Below, one piece after another: positions 56,593 through 64,000 of a stretch of 64,000 nt of DNA. The stretch comes from a virus. The stretch is from IMG/VR virus record IMGVR_UViG_3300045988_117710, one strand, 5' to 3'. The notes under the pieces were generated by a model that saw nothing but the letters and a program-made list of their open reading frames with translations, made no database searches and was not told where the DNA came from. Each line of letters starts with the position of its first letter. The stretch's first letter is position 1. Position numbers and translations under genes: made by a program.

Positions 56593-56926
56593 TATGAAAG
56601 AGTTTTCTATCTTTTTAGATGAGATAACTCCTTGTTTGGAGAGTCGTGAGGAGATAGATATTATAACTATAAGGGATAAAGTTAATAATCTCATTTCCTA
56701 TTATAATTTAAATAAGTCGAATTTGATTACCAAGTGGATTGAGATTAATGGCAATGATGCTTTTAAGATTCTTCAAGTAACTGATGTGGATTCTTATTTT
56801 AAGGTTTTGAGTGTTGTTTTGATGAGTTCTATTGAGTATTTGTCTGTTCGCAATGATCCTTTATATCTTTTAGCACAATTATCAATTATGTCGGATTGGT
56901 ATTCGTATAATTCTTTGGATATTTAA
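56585..56926 (+). CDS. Hypothetical protein (start uncertain: TTG 56585 or ATG 56594)
   Basis: ORF only. Confidence 0.35.
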   Translation: MASMKEFSIFLDEITPCLESREEIDIITIRDKVNNLISYYNLNKSNLITKWIEINGNDAFKILQVTDVDSYFKVLSVVLMSSIEYLSVRNDPLYLLAQLSIMSDWYSYNSLDI

Positions 56927-56943
56927 TGATTTGAGGTGATTAA

Positions 56944-57912
56944 GTGTTAAAGCTTTATTTTGTAGGAGATTTACATTTACATGATGTAAGTCCTAGTTCG
57001 AGAATAGATGATTATTCTCAAGCAATTTTAGATAAGCTTTCTCAAGTATTTACTAAGGCGAAGGAAAGTAATGTTGATGCAATTATATTTGAAGGAGATA
57101 TTTTCCATAAGCCATCTGGTATTTCAGTTAGATACTTGAATAAGGTTATTGATGTGTTTAAGGAAGCACATTGTCCATGTTATTCTGTTATAGGAAATCA
57201 TGATGTTCAGTATGGTCGAATAGATGATATTGGTGGCACTTCTTTAGGAGTTCTATTTAAAGCTGGTTTACTGAAACCATTCTTTGCTGGAGCTTTCTCA
57301 ATTCCTTTTATGGATGGTAAGGTTTTAGTTGAAGGATATAACTATGGTGAGGATATTTCTCAAGCAAGTCCAAGTAGACAAGCAAATTTAACTATTTGTG
57401 TTGCTCATAGTTATGGTGAAGATGTTTCATTTGGTGCTGCAGATACACCAGAGTACTTTAAGTTTAATTCTATAGCTCCTGAAGTTCCATATAATGTTTA
57501 TGTTTTAGGACATGACCATTCATATCATGATACTATGGATTTGTTTGGTGGTCTTTCTAAACTTTATCGTTTAGGAGCTTTGTCTAGAGCAACTTCTAGT
57601 GTTACTGATACTAGTAGAGATGTTCAAGTTCTAGAGTTAGATATTAATGAGGATGGTTCTTATATTCCAATTCCTGTTCACATTGATATTAATCCTGCAG
57701 AAGATTGTTTCTCTGCTTTAGCTCTTGATAAGGATATGATGTCAAAGAGAGATAGAGAGTTGATTAATAAGTCTTTAGAGGAAGTTTTAGCAAATCTAGA
57801 TTTTTCAGTTAAGAGTTCTATTTATGATATTCTTGATGCTATGGATTTAGATGATAATGTCAAAGCAACTGTAGAACGATATTTGAATAATGCGTTCATT
57901 GTAAGGAAGTAG
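56944..57912 (+). CDS. sbcD: SbcD/Mre11-family nuclease (calcineurin-like phosphoesterase)
   Basis: Motif I VGDLHLHD, motif II EGDIFHK, motif III IGNHD, motif V-like GHDH; GTG start with a GAGGTGA RBS. Confidence 0.75.
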   Translation: MLKLYFVGDLHLHDVSPSSRIDDYSQAILDKLSQVFTKAKESNVDAIIFEGDIFHKPSGISVRYLNKVIDVFKEAHCPCYSVIGNHDVQYGRIDDIGGTSLGVLFKAGLLKPFFAGAFSIPFMDGKVLVEGYNYGEDISQASPSRQANLTICVAHSYGEDVSFGAADTPEYFKFNSIAPEVPYNVYVLGHDHSYHDTMDLFGGLSKLYRLGALSRATSSVTDTSRDVQVLELDINEDGSYIPIPVHIDINPAEDCFSALALDKDMMSKRDRELINKSLEEVLANLDFSVKSSIYDILDAMDLDDNVKATVERYLNNAFIVRK

Positions 57913-57927
57913 TATACTTCCTTTTTT
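57904..57927 (+). terminator. Intrinsic terminator (aggaagt-agtat-acttcct plus TTTTTT) fused to the promoter motif
   Basis: Perfect 7-bp stem. Confidence 0.7.
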
Positions 57928-57935
57928 CGTATAAT
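57927..57935 (+). promoter_or_regulatory. TCGTATAAT promoter motif
   Basis: Recurring motif. Confidence 0.5.
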
Positions 57936-57958
57936 AATTAGATGATAGGAGGTATATT

Positions 57959-58192
57959 ATGCTTTGTATGAATGGTGTTAGTACAGGTAAGATTCCAATG
58001 ACTTATACTTGGGTTCCTTGTTTTGTTTGTAATCATTGTAGAAAGATAGTATCTGGTGGTGAGTATATTCAAGGAGTTTTCTATTGTCCTATGTGTGCAA
58101 GTATAATTCATAGGAATAATAGAGAGTCTAGGGAAGTTGTTCCTGTGGTAGTTCCTATTAGTATTCCAATGGATAGACAAATTACTTATTAG
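57959..58192 (+). CDS. Cys-rich zinc-finger hypothetical protein
   Basis: CFVCNHC...CPMC; AGGAGG RBS. Confidence 0.45.
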   Translation: MLCMNGVSTGKIPMTYTWVPCFVCNHCRKIVSGGEYIQGVFYCPMCASIIHRNNRESREVVPVVVPISIPMDRQITY

Positions 58193-58201
58193 GAGGTATT
58201 T

Positions 58202-58519
58202 ATGGAGAAGTTTGAGTTTTGTATTCCAGAAGGGATTTCGATTCCCACTGATTTGAAGGTTAAGAAAGGTAAGATTATAGTTAATTATCATAGAGATTCT
58301 GATGATTCTATGACTTGGCATTTTACTGTTTATAATGCAGGTTCTTTGTCTGAAGCTGATAATGTTGTTCATGAGATTATTCAATTAATGTGTGATCAGT
58401 CTTTTGATCATGGTGCTGAGTGGAGAATGACTTCTTGTGAGATGGGTGATTCTTGTTTTAATAACTTTCTTGACTATGCTGATTTTAAGGTATCATTTAG
58501 AATAAAGGATAGTTGGTAA
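58202..58519 (+). CDS. Hypothetical protein
   Basis: AGGAGG RBS. Confidence 0.45.
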   Translation: MEKFEFCIPEGISIPTDLKVKKGKIIVNYHRDSDDSMTWHFTVYNAGSLSEADNVVHEIIQLMCDQSFDHGAEWRMTSCEMGDSCFNNFLDYADFKVSFRIKDSW

Positions 58520-58520
58520 T

Positions 58521-58982
58521 ATGGAGAAGATTGCAAGTTTTACTGTAGATCATACAGTTTTGTTACCTGGAGTGTATATTAGTAGGGTTGATGAAGATAT
58601 TGTTACTTATGATATTAGAATTAAGCGACCTAATACTGATGATTTGATGTCTAATGAGGAGATGCATTCGGTTGAGCATTTATTGGCTACGGCATTGAGG
58701 AATTCTTATCTTAAGGATGATGTTATTTACTTTGGTCCTATGGGTTGCCAAACGGGTTATTATTGTCTTATGAGAGTGGATTCTGGGTTTAATTTTATGA
58801 AGTTTCTGAAGGATGTTATGATTTATGCTCTTTCTTTTGATTCTATGCCAGGTCAATCTGCTGTTGAGTGTGGTAATTATAAGAATTTAGATTTAGAATT
58901 AGGTAAGTCTTGTATTAAGAATTACTTGAATTTACTTGATTCTTTTGAGGATATTTGTGAATATCCAAAGAAACTTGATTAA
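58521..58982 (+). CDS. luxS: S-ribosylhomocysteine lyase LuxS (autoinducer-2 synthase)
   Basis: HSVEHLLA (HxxEH metal-binding motif) and GPMGCQTGYY (conserved PMGCQTGFY Cys motif) in the right order and spacing, with a LuxS-like N-terminus (SFTVDHT) and a typical length of 153 aa. Confidence 0.75.
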   Translation: MEKIASFTVDHTVLLPGVYISRVDEDIVTYDIRIKRPNTDDLMSNEEMHSVEHLLATALRNSYLKDDVIYFGPMGCQTGYYCLMRVDSGFNFMKFLKDVMIYALSFDSMPGQSAVECGNYKNLDLELGKSCIKNYLNLLDSFEDICEYPKKLD

Positions 58983-59049
58983 GTTATCAGTTTAAGATTA
59001 ATTTATTTTATATTAATATAGTAGATTTTAGTATTTAAAAGGAGAATTT

Positions 59050-59499
59050 ATGGCTGTTAGAACAGGTATCGCTACAAGCGAAACTATTAAAGAAACTCTT
59101 GAAAATGCAGGAGTTGAATTATCTTATGGAGCTACTGCCGAAACTTGGAAAGAAGCATTAACTACTATTAGTGGTACAGATACTACTATTGCTCCTAGAG
59201 AAGTTGAAGGTGTTACTGGTTTCATGAGTACTAACGAAACAGTTTTAAAAACTTTTAATAATGAAGTTTCTGGTTCAGCATTCACTGTTGATTTAGTTTT
59301 CATTAAAGATGGTAAAGCTGTTGAAGTTGAAAATCCTACATTAGGTGGTCAAGTAGGAGTTAAAGAAGATGACCATTATGAATTTGCAAATATTAGTGCA
59401 GAACTAGTTGATGCAGAATTAACATTTAGTTTCGATGGAGAAGATTATAGCTTAACTAAATCTTATTCAACATTTACTGATGATATTGTAATATTATAA
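59050..59499 (+). CDS. Hypothetical protein (strong RBS, possibly a structural protein)
   Basis: AAAAGGAGA RBS; T/G/S-rich beta-like composition. Confidence 0.4.
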   Translation: MAVRTGIATSETIKETLENAGVELSYGATAETWKEALTTISGTDTTIAPREVEGVTGFMSTNETVLKTFNNEVSGSAFTVDLVFIKDGKAVEVENPTLGGQVGVKEDDHYEFANISAELVDAELTFSFDGEDYSLTKSYSTFTDDIVIL

Positions 59500-59519
59500 T
59501 TTAATAGAAGGAGGAAAAT

Positions 59520-61172
59520 ATGAATAATTTTTATGATTCAATTGATAAAGTAGATTTCACTTCTATTTTTGAGGAAGACAACAATATTTCTCTTGATGAT
59601 GTAAAGTTTTGTAAAAATTGTTTTAATGAGTTTAGTGGCGAAGGTGACATATGTCCATCTTGTAGCAAACTAAATGAAGAAATTCCTGCAGAAACAAAAT
59701 TGATTCTAGATGCAGTTAGAGAATTTGAAAACCAATTACCAATGTTTGGTTATTCAGATCCTACTGAACTTAGTTATGAAGAACAAGAAGAACTTCTTAC
59801 TGATACAATGAATTTTGTATATGGTGAAAACAATTGGTCAAAGAAAGAATTCAATGATGTTGCTAGAGAGTTAGGAATTCCTGGAATCATTAAAGAGAAT
59901 GTAGAAGAAGATATTTCTGATTTACAATCTGCTTTATCTGAACTTAAACAAGGTATTGAAGGTTTAGAAAAGACTGATGATGTTTCTGATGAAGATACTT
60001 TCGAGTTCAGAGGACAAAAGTATACTAAAGAGAAAGCACAAAAGGAAATCGACAAGATTGAGAAAGATTTAGATAATCTTAATCAAGAAAAGGTTGATGA
60101 CTTAGATAATGCATTCAATGATAATACAATCACTGAACCTGTTGCTTCTGAACCTGTTGAGGAACCTGCTGCACCTGAACCAGTTGAAGTTGTAGATGGT
60201 GTTATTGATCCAACTAATGGTGATGCTGGTCAAGCTACTGATGTTGATGTTATTGATGGTGTTGATCCATTAAGTGATATTGAATTAGCTGCTGAAGAAC
60301 CTAAGGAAGAACCTAAAGAAGATACTGAAGATTCTAAAGAAGATTCTAAAGAAGATGAAGGTTTAAATGAAGCAATTCAAGCCCATGTAACAGTTGATAA
60401 TATTGACCAAGAATCTAAAGACAAAGCAACTATTGAAAAGGCAATTGCTTTAGCTGGTGATAAGAATGTTATCGATAATGATACTTTCAGAGCTTTACGT
60501 TTAGCTCTTGCTAATAAAGATTATGACTTAATTGATAGACTTAAAGATTATGCATTAGTTCGTGGTGAAGATGTAGTTTACACTTGGTTACGTGCTGAAG
60601 ATTCTAATCTTAAGGAATCTGCTAGTAGCAAGAAGTTCTGCTTAGTTGAAGGTGTTGATTGTGGTACTTGTAAAGAAGAAGTTCTTGAAGAACCTGAAGA
60701 TGATGAAGTTGTTGAAGATGGTGCTTTACAAGTTGATGATGTTCCTGCCAAGGTTGATCAAGGTAAACCTGGTAAACGTCTTGAATTAGCAAGACTTGAA
60801 AATGAAGGTGTTGTTTCTTACAGAGTTTCTTATCTTAAAGAAGATGATGAAATTATGGGTTGGGATATAGAAGCTGATTCTGATGAAGAAGCTTTAGATG
60901 CCTTAGACAAGTTTGATGCTGCAAGTGATACAATAGATGGTGTTTCTAATTTAGAGTTTAATGATACTCCTATTGCTGGAATTAGTTCTACAAGTTACAA
61001 TGGTGTTGATTTAGCATTATCTACTGCTGAAGATGGAAACGCTTTATTAACTATTACTACTCAAGAAGGAATTCCTGTACTTTTAAAAGGTGAAAACCTA
61101 GACGATATATTGACTAAGTTAATTTATTGGTTTATAATGGGTGCAGAGAGTACTTGCAAGGAGGTAATGTAA
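59520..61172 (+). CDS. Acidic hypothetical protein with an N-terminal zinc ribbon
   Basis: CKNC...CPSC; long D/E/P tracts; the N-terminus MNNFYDSIDKVDF is weakly MNKLFES-like. Confidence 0.45.
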   Translation: MNNFYDSIDKVDFTSIFEEDNNISLDDVKFCKNCFNEFSGEGDICPSCSKLNEEIPAETKLILDAVREFENQLPMFGYSDPTELSYEEQEELLTDTMNFVYGENNWSKKEFNDVARELGIPGIIKENVEEDISDLQSALSELKQGIEGLEKTDDVSDEDTFEFRGQKYTKEKAQKEIDKIEKDLDNLNQEKVDDLDNAFNDNTITEPVASEPVEEPAAPEPVEVVDGVIDPTNGDAGQATDVDVIDGVDPLSDIELAAEEPKEEPKEDTEDSKEDSKEDEGLNEAIQAHVTVDNIDQESKDKATIEKAIALAGDKNVIDNDTFRALRLALANKDYDLIDRLKDYALVRGEDVVYTWLRAEDSNLKESASSKKFCLVEGVDCGTCKEEVLEEPEDDEVVEDGALQVDDVPAKVDQGKPGKRLELARLENEGVVSYRVSYLKEDDEIMGWDIEADSDEEALDALDKFDAASDTIDGVSNLEFNDTPIAGISSTSYNGVDLALSTAEDGNALLTITTQEGIPVLLKGENLDDILTKLIYWFIMGAESTCKEVM

Positions 61173-63124
61173 TGAAAGTTAAAGTAAATAAACTTGTTAA
61201 GGAAGCTGACATCGCTGTTGATACAAATTTAATAGATATGGGTGAAGGTTCTAGTTTTATTACTGGAACCGAAGCTCTTACTAAACTTAAATCTTTAGAA
61301 GTTGGTATGCCTGTAGTTGTTAAGTGGGGTACTGAAAGTAATTCACCTGCTAAACAATCTATTTTTGTTGGTATTGCTGAAGGTCCTTATGGAAACGTTT
61401 TCGATTTCTATGATGGTGAAGGTGTTACTGGTATTTCTTCTGCTTCTGAAGGATTTATTAAGAATGGTAAGGTGTCATTTGATTTTGATAATAATGACGC
61501 TACTGAAGTTACTAGATTAACTAATGAAGTTAAGAGTCAATCAGGAATAGTTGAAGAATCTGCTGAAGGTTCTGAAAAGACTTTCTCTCAATGGTTTGAT
61601 GAAACTTATCCAGAAACTCATGATGTTAGTAGTGGTGAATTCTATCCATTTACTAATTATATTAAAGCATTTCCAAATGCTGCTTGTCTTAAAGATGCAA
61701 CTGCTAAAGACATAAGAGCAAATGCTAGTAAGTTCTATGATGTTTATGATGTAGACTCTGATGATAGAGAATATGCATTTATTTTTGCTAGTGAAGAACT
61801 AGGTATAGATTATGATGAATTATACTATGCTTGGTTACATGGTGAAGATTCTGAATCTCTTAATGAAGGTGAAGCTTTCTATAAGATTCCAGAAGATTTA
61901 CAAAAGATTATTGATGGTTTCTCTACTAATGTAGATGATCCTATGTATGATAATGGTTATGAAGTTCCAGATGAACTTTTAGATCTTGCAAATAATCCAC
62001 CTAAGAATATGAGAGTTAAAGATTGGATGAGAATTATAGCTCCATTTGAATATCAATTAGATCGTATTCCATCAGATATTACTTTCGAAAACCTATATAA
62101 TGGTATTGATGATGGATTCTTAACTAATATTGATTCTGATCCTAGAAATGAAGTTTTAGATAAGCTTTATGATATCTATGATTTAGATAAGGATAAAGAA
62201 TTAGCCAATAAGATTTGGACTAGTTTAGGATTTGAAAGATGGTTTGAATCTGAAGAACCTAAAGTTTCTGAAACTGCAGTTGAAAGTAGATTATTAGATT
62301 TAGTTAAAACTGTTAATTCAGAGTATTCTTTAGACAATGTTCAATTATATACTACTGATAAAGGTAATTATAATATTAGAACTAAAGCTGATGAATCTAA
62401 TCCAATTGGTAAGGATATTGTTACAGTTTCTTATAGTGCTTTAATTAAAGATGAAGATGATGAAATTGCTTTACGTGATTTAGGTTACTTTGATGATTAT
62501 ATTAATAATATGATTAATGGTTCTGAAGGATTAACTGAAAGTGTTATTCCTGCTAGTAACTTAGATTTTGCTCATCAAGAGTTAGCAATTATTCAAAGTG
62601 AGATTGAAAAGATTGCTGGTCTTAAGTCTGAAGATACTGCAAATGATTTATATACTGATTTACTTGAAGTATTAGACAAAGCTGTTGAAGTTCTATCTGA
62701 CCATATAGCAGAACAACCTATAGGAACTGTTGTTGGTGATGAACCAGCTCCTACTCCTGTAGAACCAACTCCAGAATTACCAATGGATATGCCTATGGGT
62801 GAATCTGAAACTCTTACTGAGGATGAAGATACTTTAGAGGCAATGTGGACTGCTGTATGTAGTGGTGATGCTGATACTATTAAGAGTATGTATGATAATG
62901 GTGTAATTCAACCAAACACTAGATATGAACGTTTTGGACATAATAATTCATTTATAATGGGTGCTTTAAGAAATGGTGATTTTGATACTGCAGAGTTATT
63001 AAAGAACTACGGTGAAACTATTTTAAAAGCAGAGTTAGATGAATATAAGTCAATTATGGCAAAGCGTAATTATGAAGATGAAACTACTAAGTCAGCATTA
63101 GATGAAAATAAGAGTGCTGAATAA
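61173..63124 (+). CDS. Acidic hypothetical protein (possible ankyrin-like repeat near the C-terminus)
   Basis: GGAGG RBS before ATG 61173. The track ORF starting at 61127 overlaps the previous gene. GHNNSFIMGALRNGDFDTAELLKNYG is ankyrin-like. Confidence 0.4.
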
Positions 63125-63166
63125 TAGATTTTACTATATATTAGTATAGAATATAAGGAGATTGAA

Positions 63167-63421
63167 ATGTTTAGTTTAGACGTAATGAAAGCTGAAATTT
63201 TAGAAGTTATCAAAGAAGTTAATCCTGAAACAGTTGTAACTGAAGCTGATATCACAGTTGATTTTACAAGAAATGTATTCGAAGTTACTATTGCTAACTT
63301 AGATGTTGAAACAAAGACATTCTTTGTTAGAGGTTCTGATGTTATCGGAAGATATGTAGTTAGAACTATTGGATTTATAGCTCCAACTGAAGAAGGATTT
63401 GTTACTTTCTTTAGAGGGTAA
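63167..63421 (+). CDS. Hypothetical protein
   Basis: AAGGAGA RBS. Confidence 0.45.
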   Translation: MFSLDVMKAEILEVIKEVNPETVVTEADITVDFTRNVFEVTIANLDVETKTFFVRGSDVIGRYVVRTIGFIAPTEEGFVTFFRG

Positions 63422-63441
63422 TTACTAATTAGTCTTTCTTA

Positions 63442-63467
63442 AGAGTCACATATGTGGCTCTTTTTAT
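63442..63467 (+). terminator. Intrinsic terminator (agagtcaca-ta-tgtggctct plus TTTTT)
   Basis: 9-bp stem with one G-U pair. Confidence 0.65.
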
Positions 63468-63500
63468 ATATTAGAATAGTTTAGATATGAAAGGATTTTT

Positions 63501-63677
63501 ATGGCAAAGAAAAAGAAGAACTTAGTAGATAAAGTTAAAGAAGCTTTTTCTAAAGAAGTTAAGGAAGAAGTAGAAGTTGTTGATGAGGTTGAAGAATTAG
63601 AACCTGAATTACGTTCTGCTGATTTTGGTATTCCTGCTGAAGATGAAGAGTTAGTTGTTTTAGAAGATGAGGAGTAG
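63501..63677 (+). CDS. Small acidic hypothetical protein (58 aa)
   Basis: AAAGGA RBS; below the ORF-track cutoff. The minus-strand ORF 63464-63715 is its antisense. Confidence 0.35.
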   Translation: MAKKKKNLVDKVKEAFSKEVKEEVEVVDEVEELEPELRSADFGIPAEDEELVVLEDEE

Positions 63678-63679
63678 AG

Positions 63680-64000
63680 ATGAAAGTATTTGGTATTGAT
63701 ATAAGTACTTGGCAAAAGAATTATCCTTATGATAAAGCAAATAAGGAAGGTGTTAAGTTTGCTATTTTAAGAGCTGGGTTTTCTAGAACTAAAGACAATC
63801 AATTTGAAACACATTATTCTAATGCTAAAAGATTAGGATGGGGTGTTGGAGCTTATTGGTATATGTATGCTACTACTGTAGATGCTGCTAAAGCCGAAGC
63901 ACAAGCTTTCCTAAATGCAATCAAAGGTAAACAATTTGATTATCCTGTTTATTTGGATATTGAAGATAAGACAGTTAGAGCAACAGGTAAGACTAACTGT
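63680..64000 (+). CDS. GH25 family muramidase (lysozyme), partial N-terminal part; endolysin candidate
   Basis: MKVFGIDISTWQKN...VKFAILRAGFS...GAYWYMYA matches the GH25 N-terminal signature (GIDVS.WQG...F.IIKA...GAYHY). Confidence 0.7.
   Translation, partial: MKVFGIDISTWQKNYPYDKANKEGVKFAILRAGFSRTKDNQFETHYSNAKRLGWGVGAYWYMYATTVDAAKAEAQAFLNAIKGKQFDYPVYLDIEDKTVRATGKTNC

Noticed and set aside
18187-61520. Short + strand ORFs nested out of frame inside larger genes (18187-18399, 18643-18852, 26863-27051, 43281-43472, 43719-43982, 52455-52751, 52929-53120, 53370-53588, 61317-61520)
   Set aside because: They overlap strongly supported genes entirely, have Leu/Ile-rich junk composition and no RBS.
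1768-63715. All minus-strand ORFs in the six-frame track (for example 1768-1962, 4214-4450, 7228-7419, 25562-26035, 26855-27196, 27394-27708, 43274-43495, 57938-58384 and 63464-63715)
   Set aside because: Each lies antisense inside, or across, a well-supported + strand gene. They have low-complexity S/T/L/I-rich translations typical of the reverse complement of AT-rich coding sequence, no RBS, and no intergenic space. The whole window is transcribed co-directionally with + strand terminators.
1-64000. tRNA, rRNA or tmRNA genes
   Set aside because: No intergenic segment is long and GC-rich enough; the gaps are occupied by hairpin terminators and promoter motifs. None was found by eye.

Overview
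The window is a 64-kb AT-rich segment (roughly one-third G+C by eye) of a large tailed phage of a low-GC Gram-positive host. All credible genes lie on the + strand; the minus-strand ORFs in the track all sit antisense inside + genes and look spurious. The gene content is SPO1/Herelleviridae-like, with a full replication and recombination set and a contractile-tail-type baseplate module.

Replication and recombination genes:
- ATP-dependent DNA ligase, family-A DNA polymerase, DnaG-type primase, DnaB-type helicase, a gp44-like clamp loader and a possible sliding clamp.
- SSB, an HU/TF1-like protein, a sigma-like factor, an orphan C5 cytosine methyltransferase and a DEDDy exonuclease.
- An SbcD/Mre11 nuclease, plus an SbcC/Rad50 gene that is split into three pieces with a small ORF inserted exactly at the zinc hook.

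Morphogenesis genes fall into three separate blocks:
- Tail and baseplate (12.7-25 kb): tape measure protein with a C-terminal M23 peptidase, a hub with an embedded tail-lysozyme domain, then gpV-like, gp25/W-like and J-like proteins.
- Head assembly (30-38.7 kb): a very acidic protein, a 1277-aa protein whose N-terminus looks like an HK97-type prohead protease, and a GroEL-like chaperonin.
- Packaging (47-56 kb): five tandem proteins sharing an MNKLFESVDNLFES N-terminal leader, immediately upstream of the large terminase and a putative portal.

Other notable content:
- A phage-encoded LuxS (AI-2 synthase).
- Four or five peptidoglycan-hydrolase domains: a CHAP-SH3b lysin, a membrane-anchored 3D-domain protein, the M23 on the tape measure, the lysozyme in the hub, and a GH25 muramidase cut off at the window end.
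- Iteron-like PVQP-coding repeats next to the helicase.
- About 20 fused terminator-promoter junctions in which a hairpin plus T-run runs directly into a conserved TTTTCGTATAAT -10-type motif.
- Two canonical TTGACA/TTCACT-N16/17-TGnTATAAT promoters, in front of the sigma-like gene and in front of a possible small RNA or small protein.

No tRNA, rRNA or CRISPR array was found.
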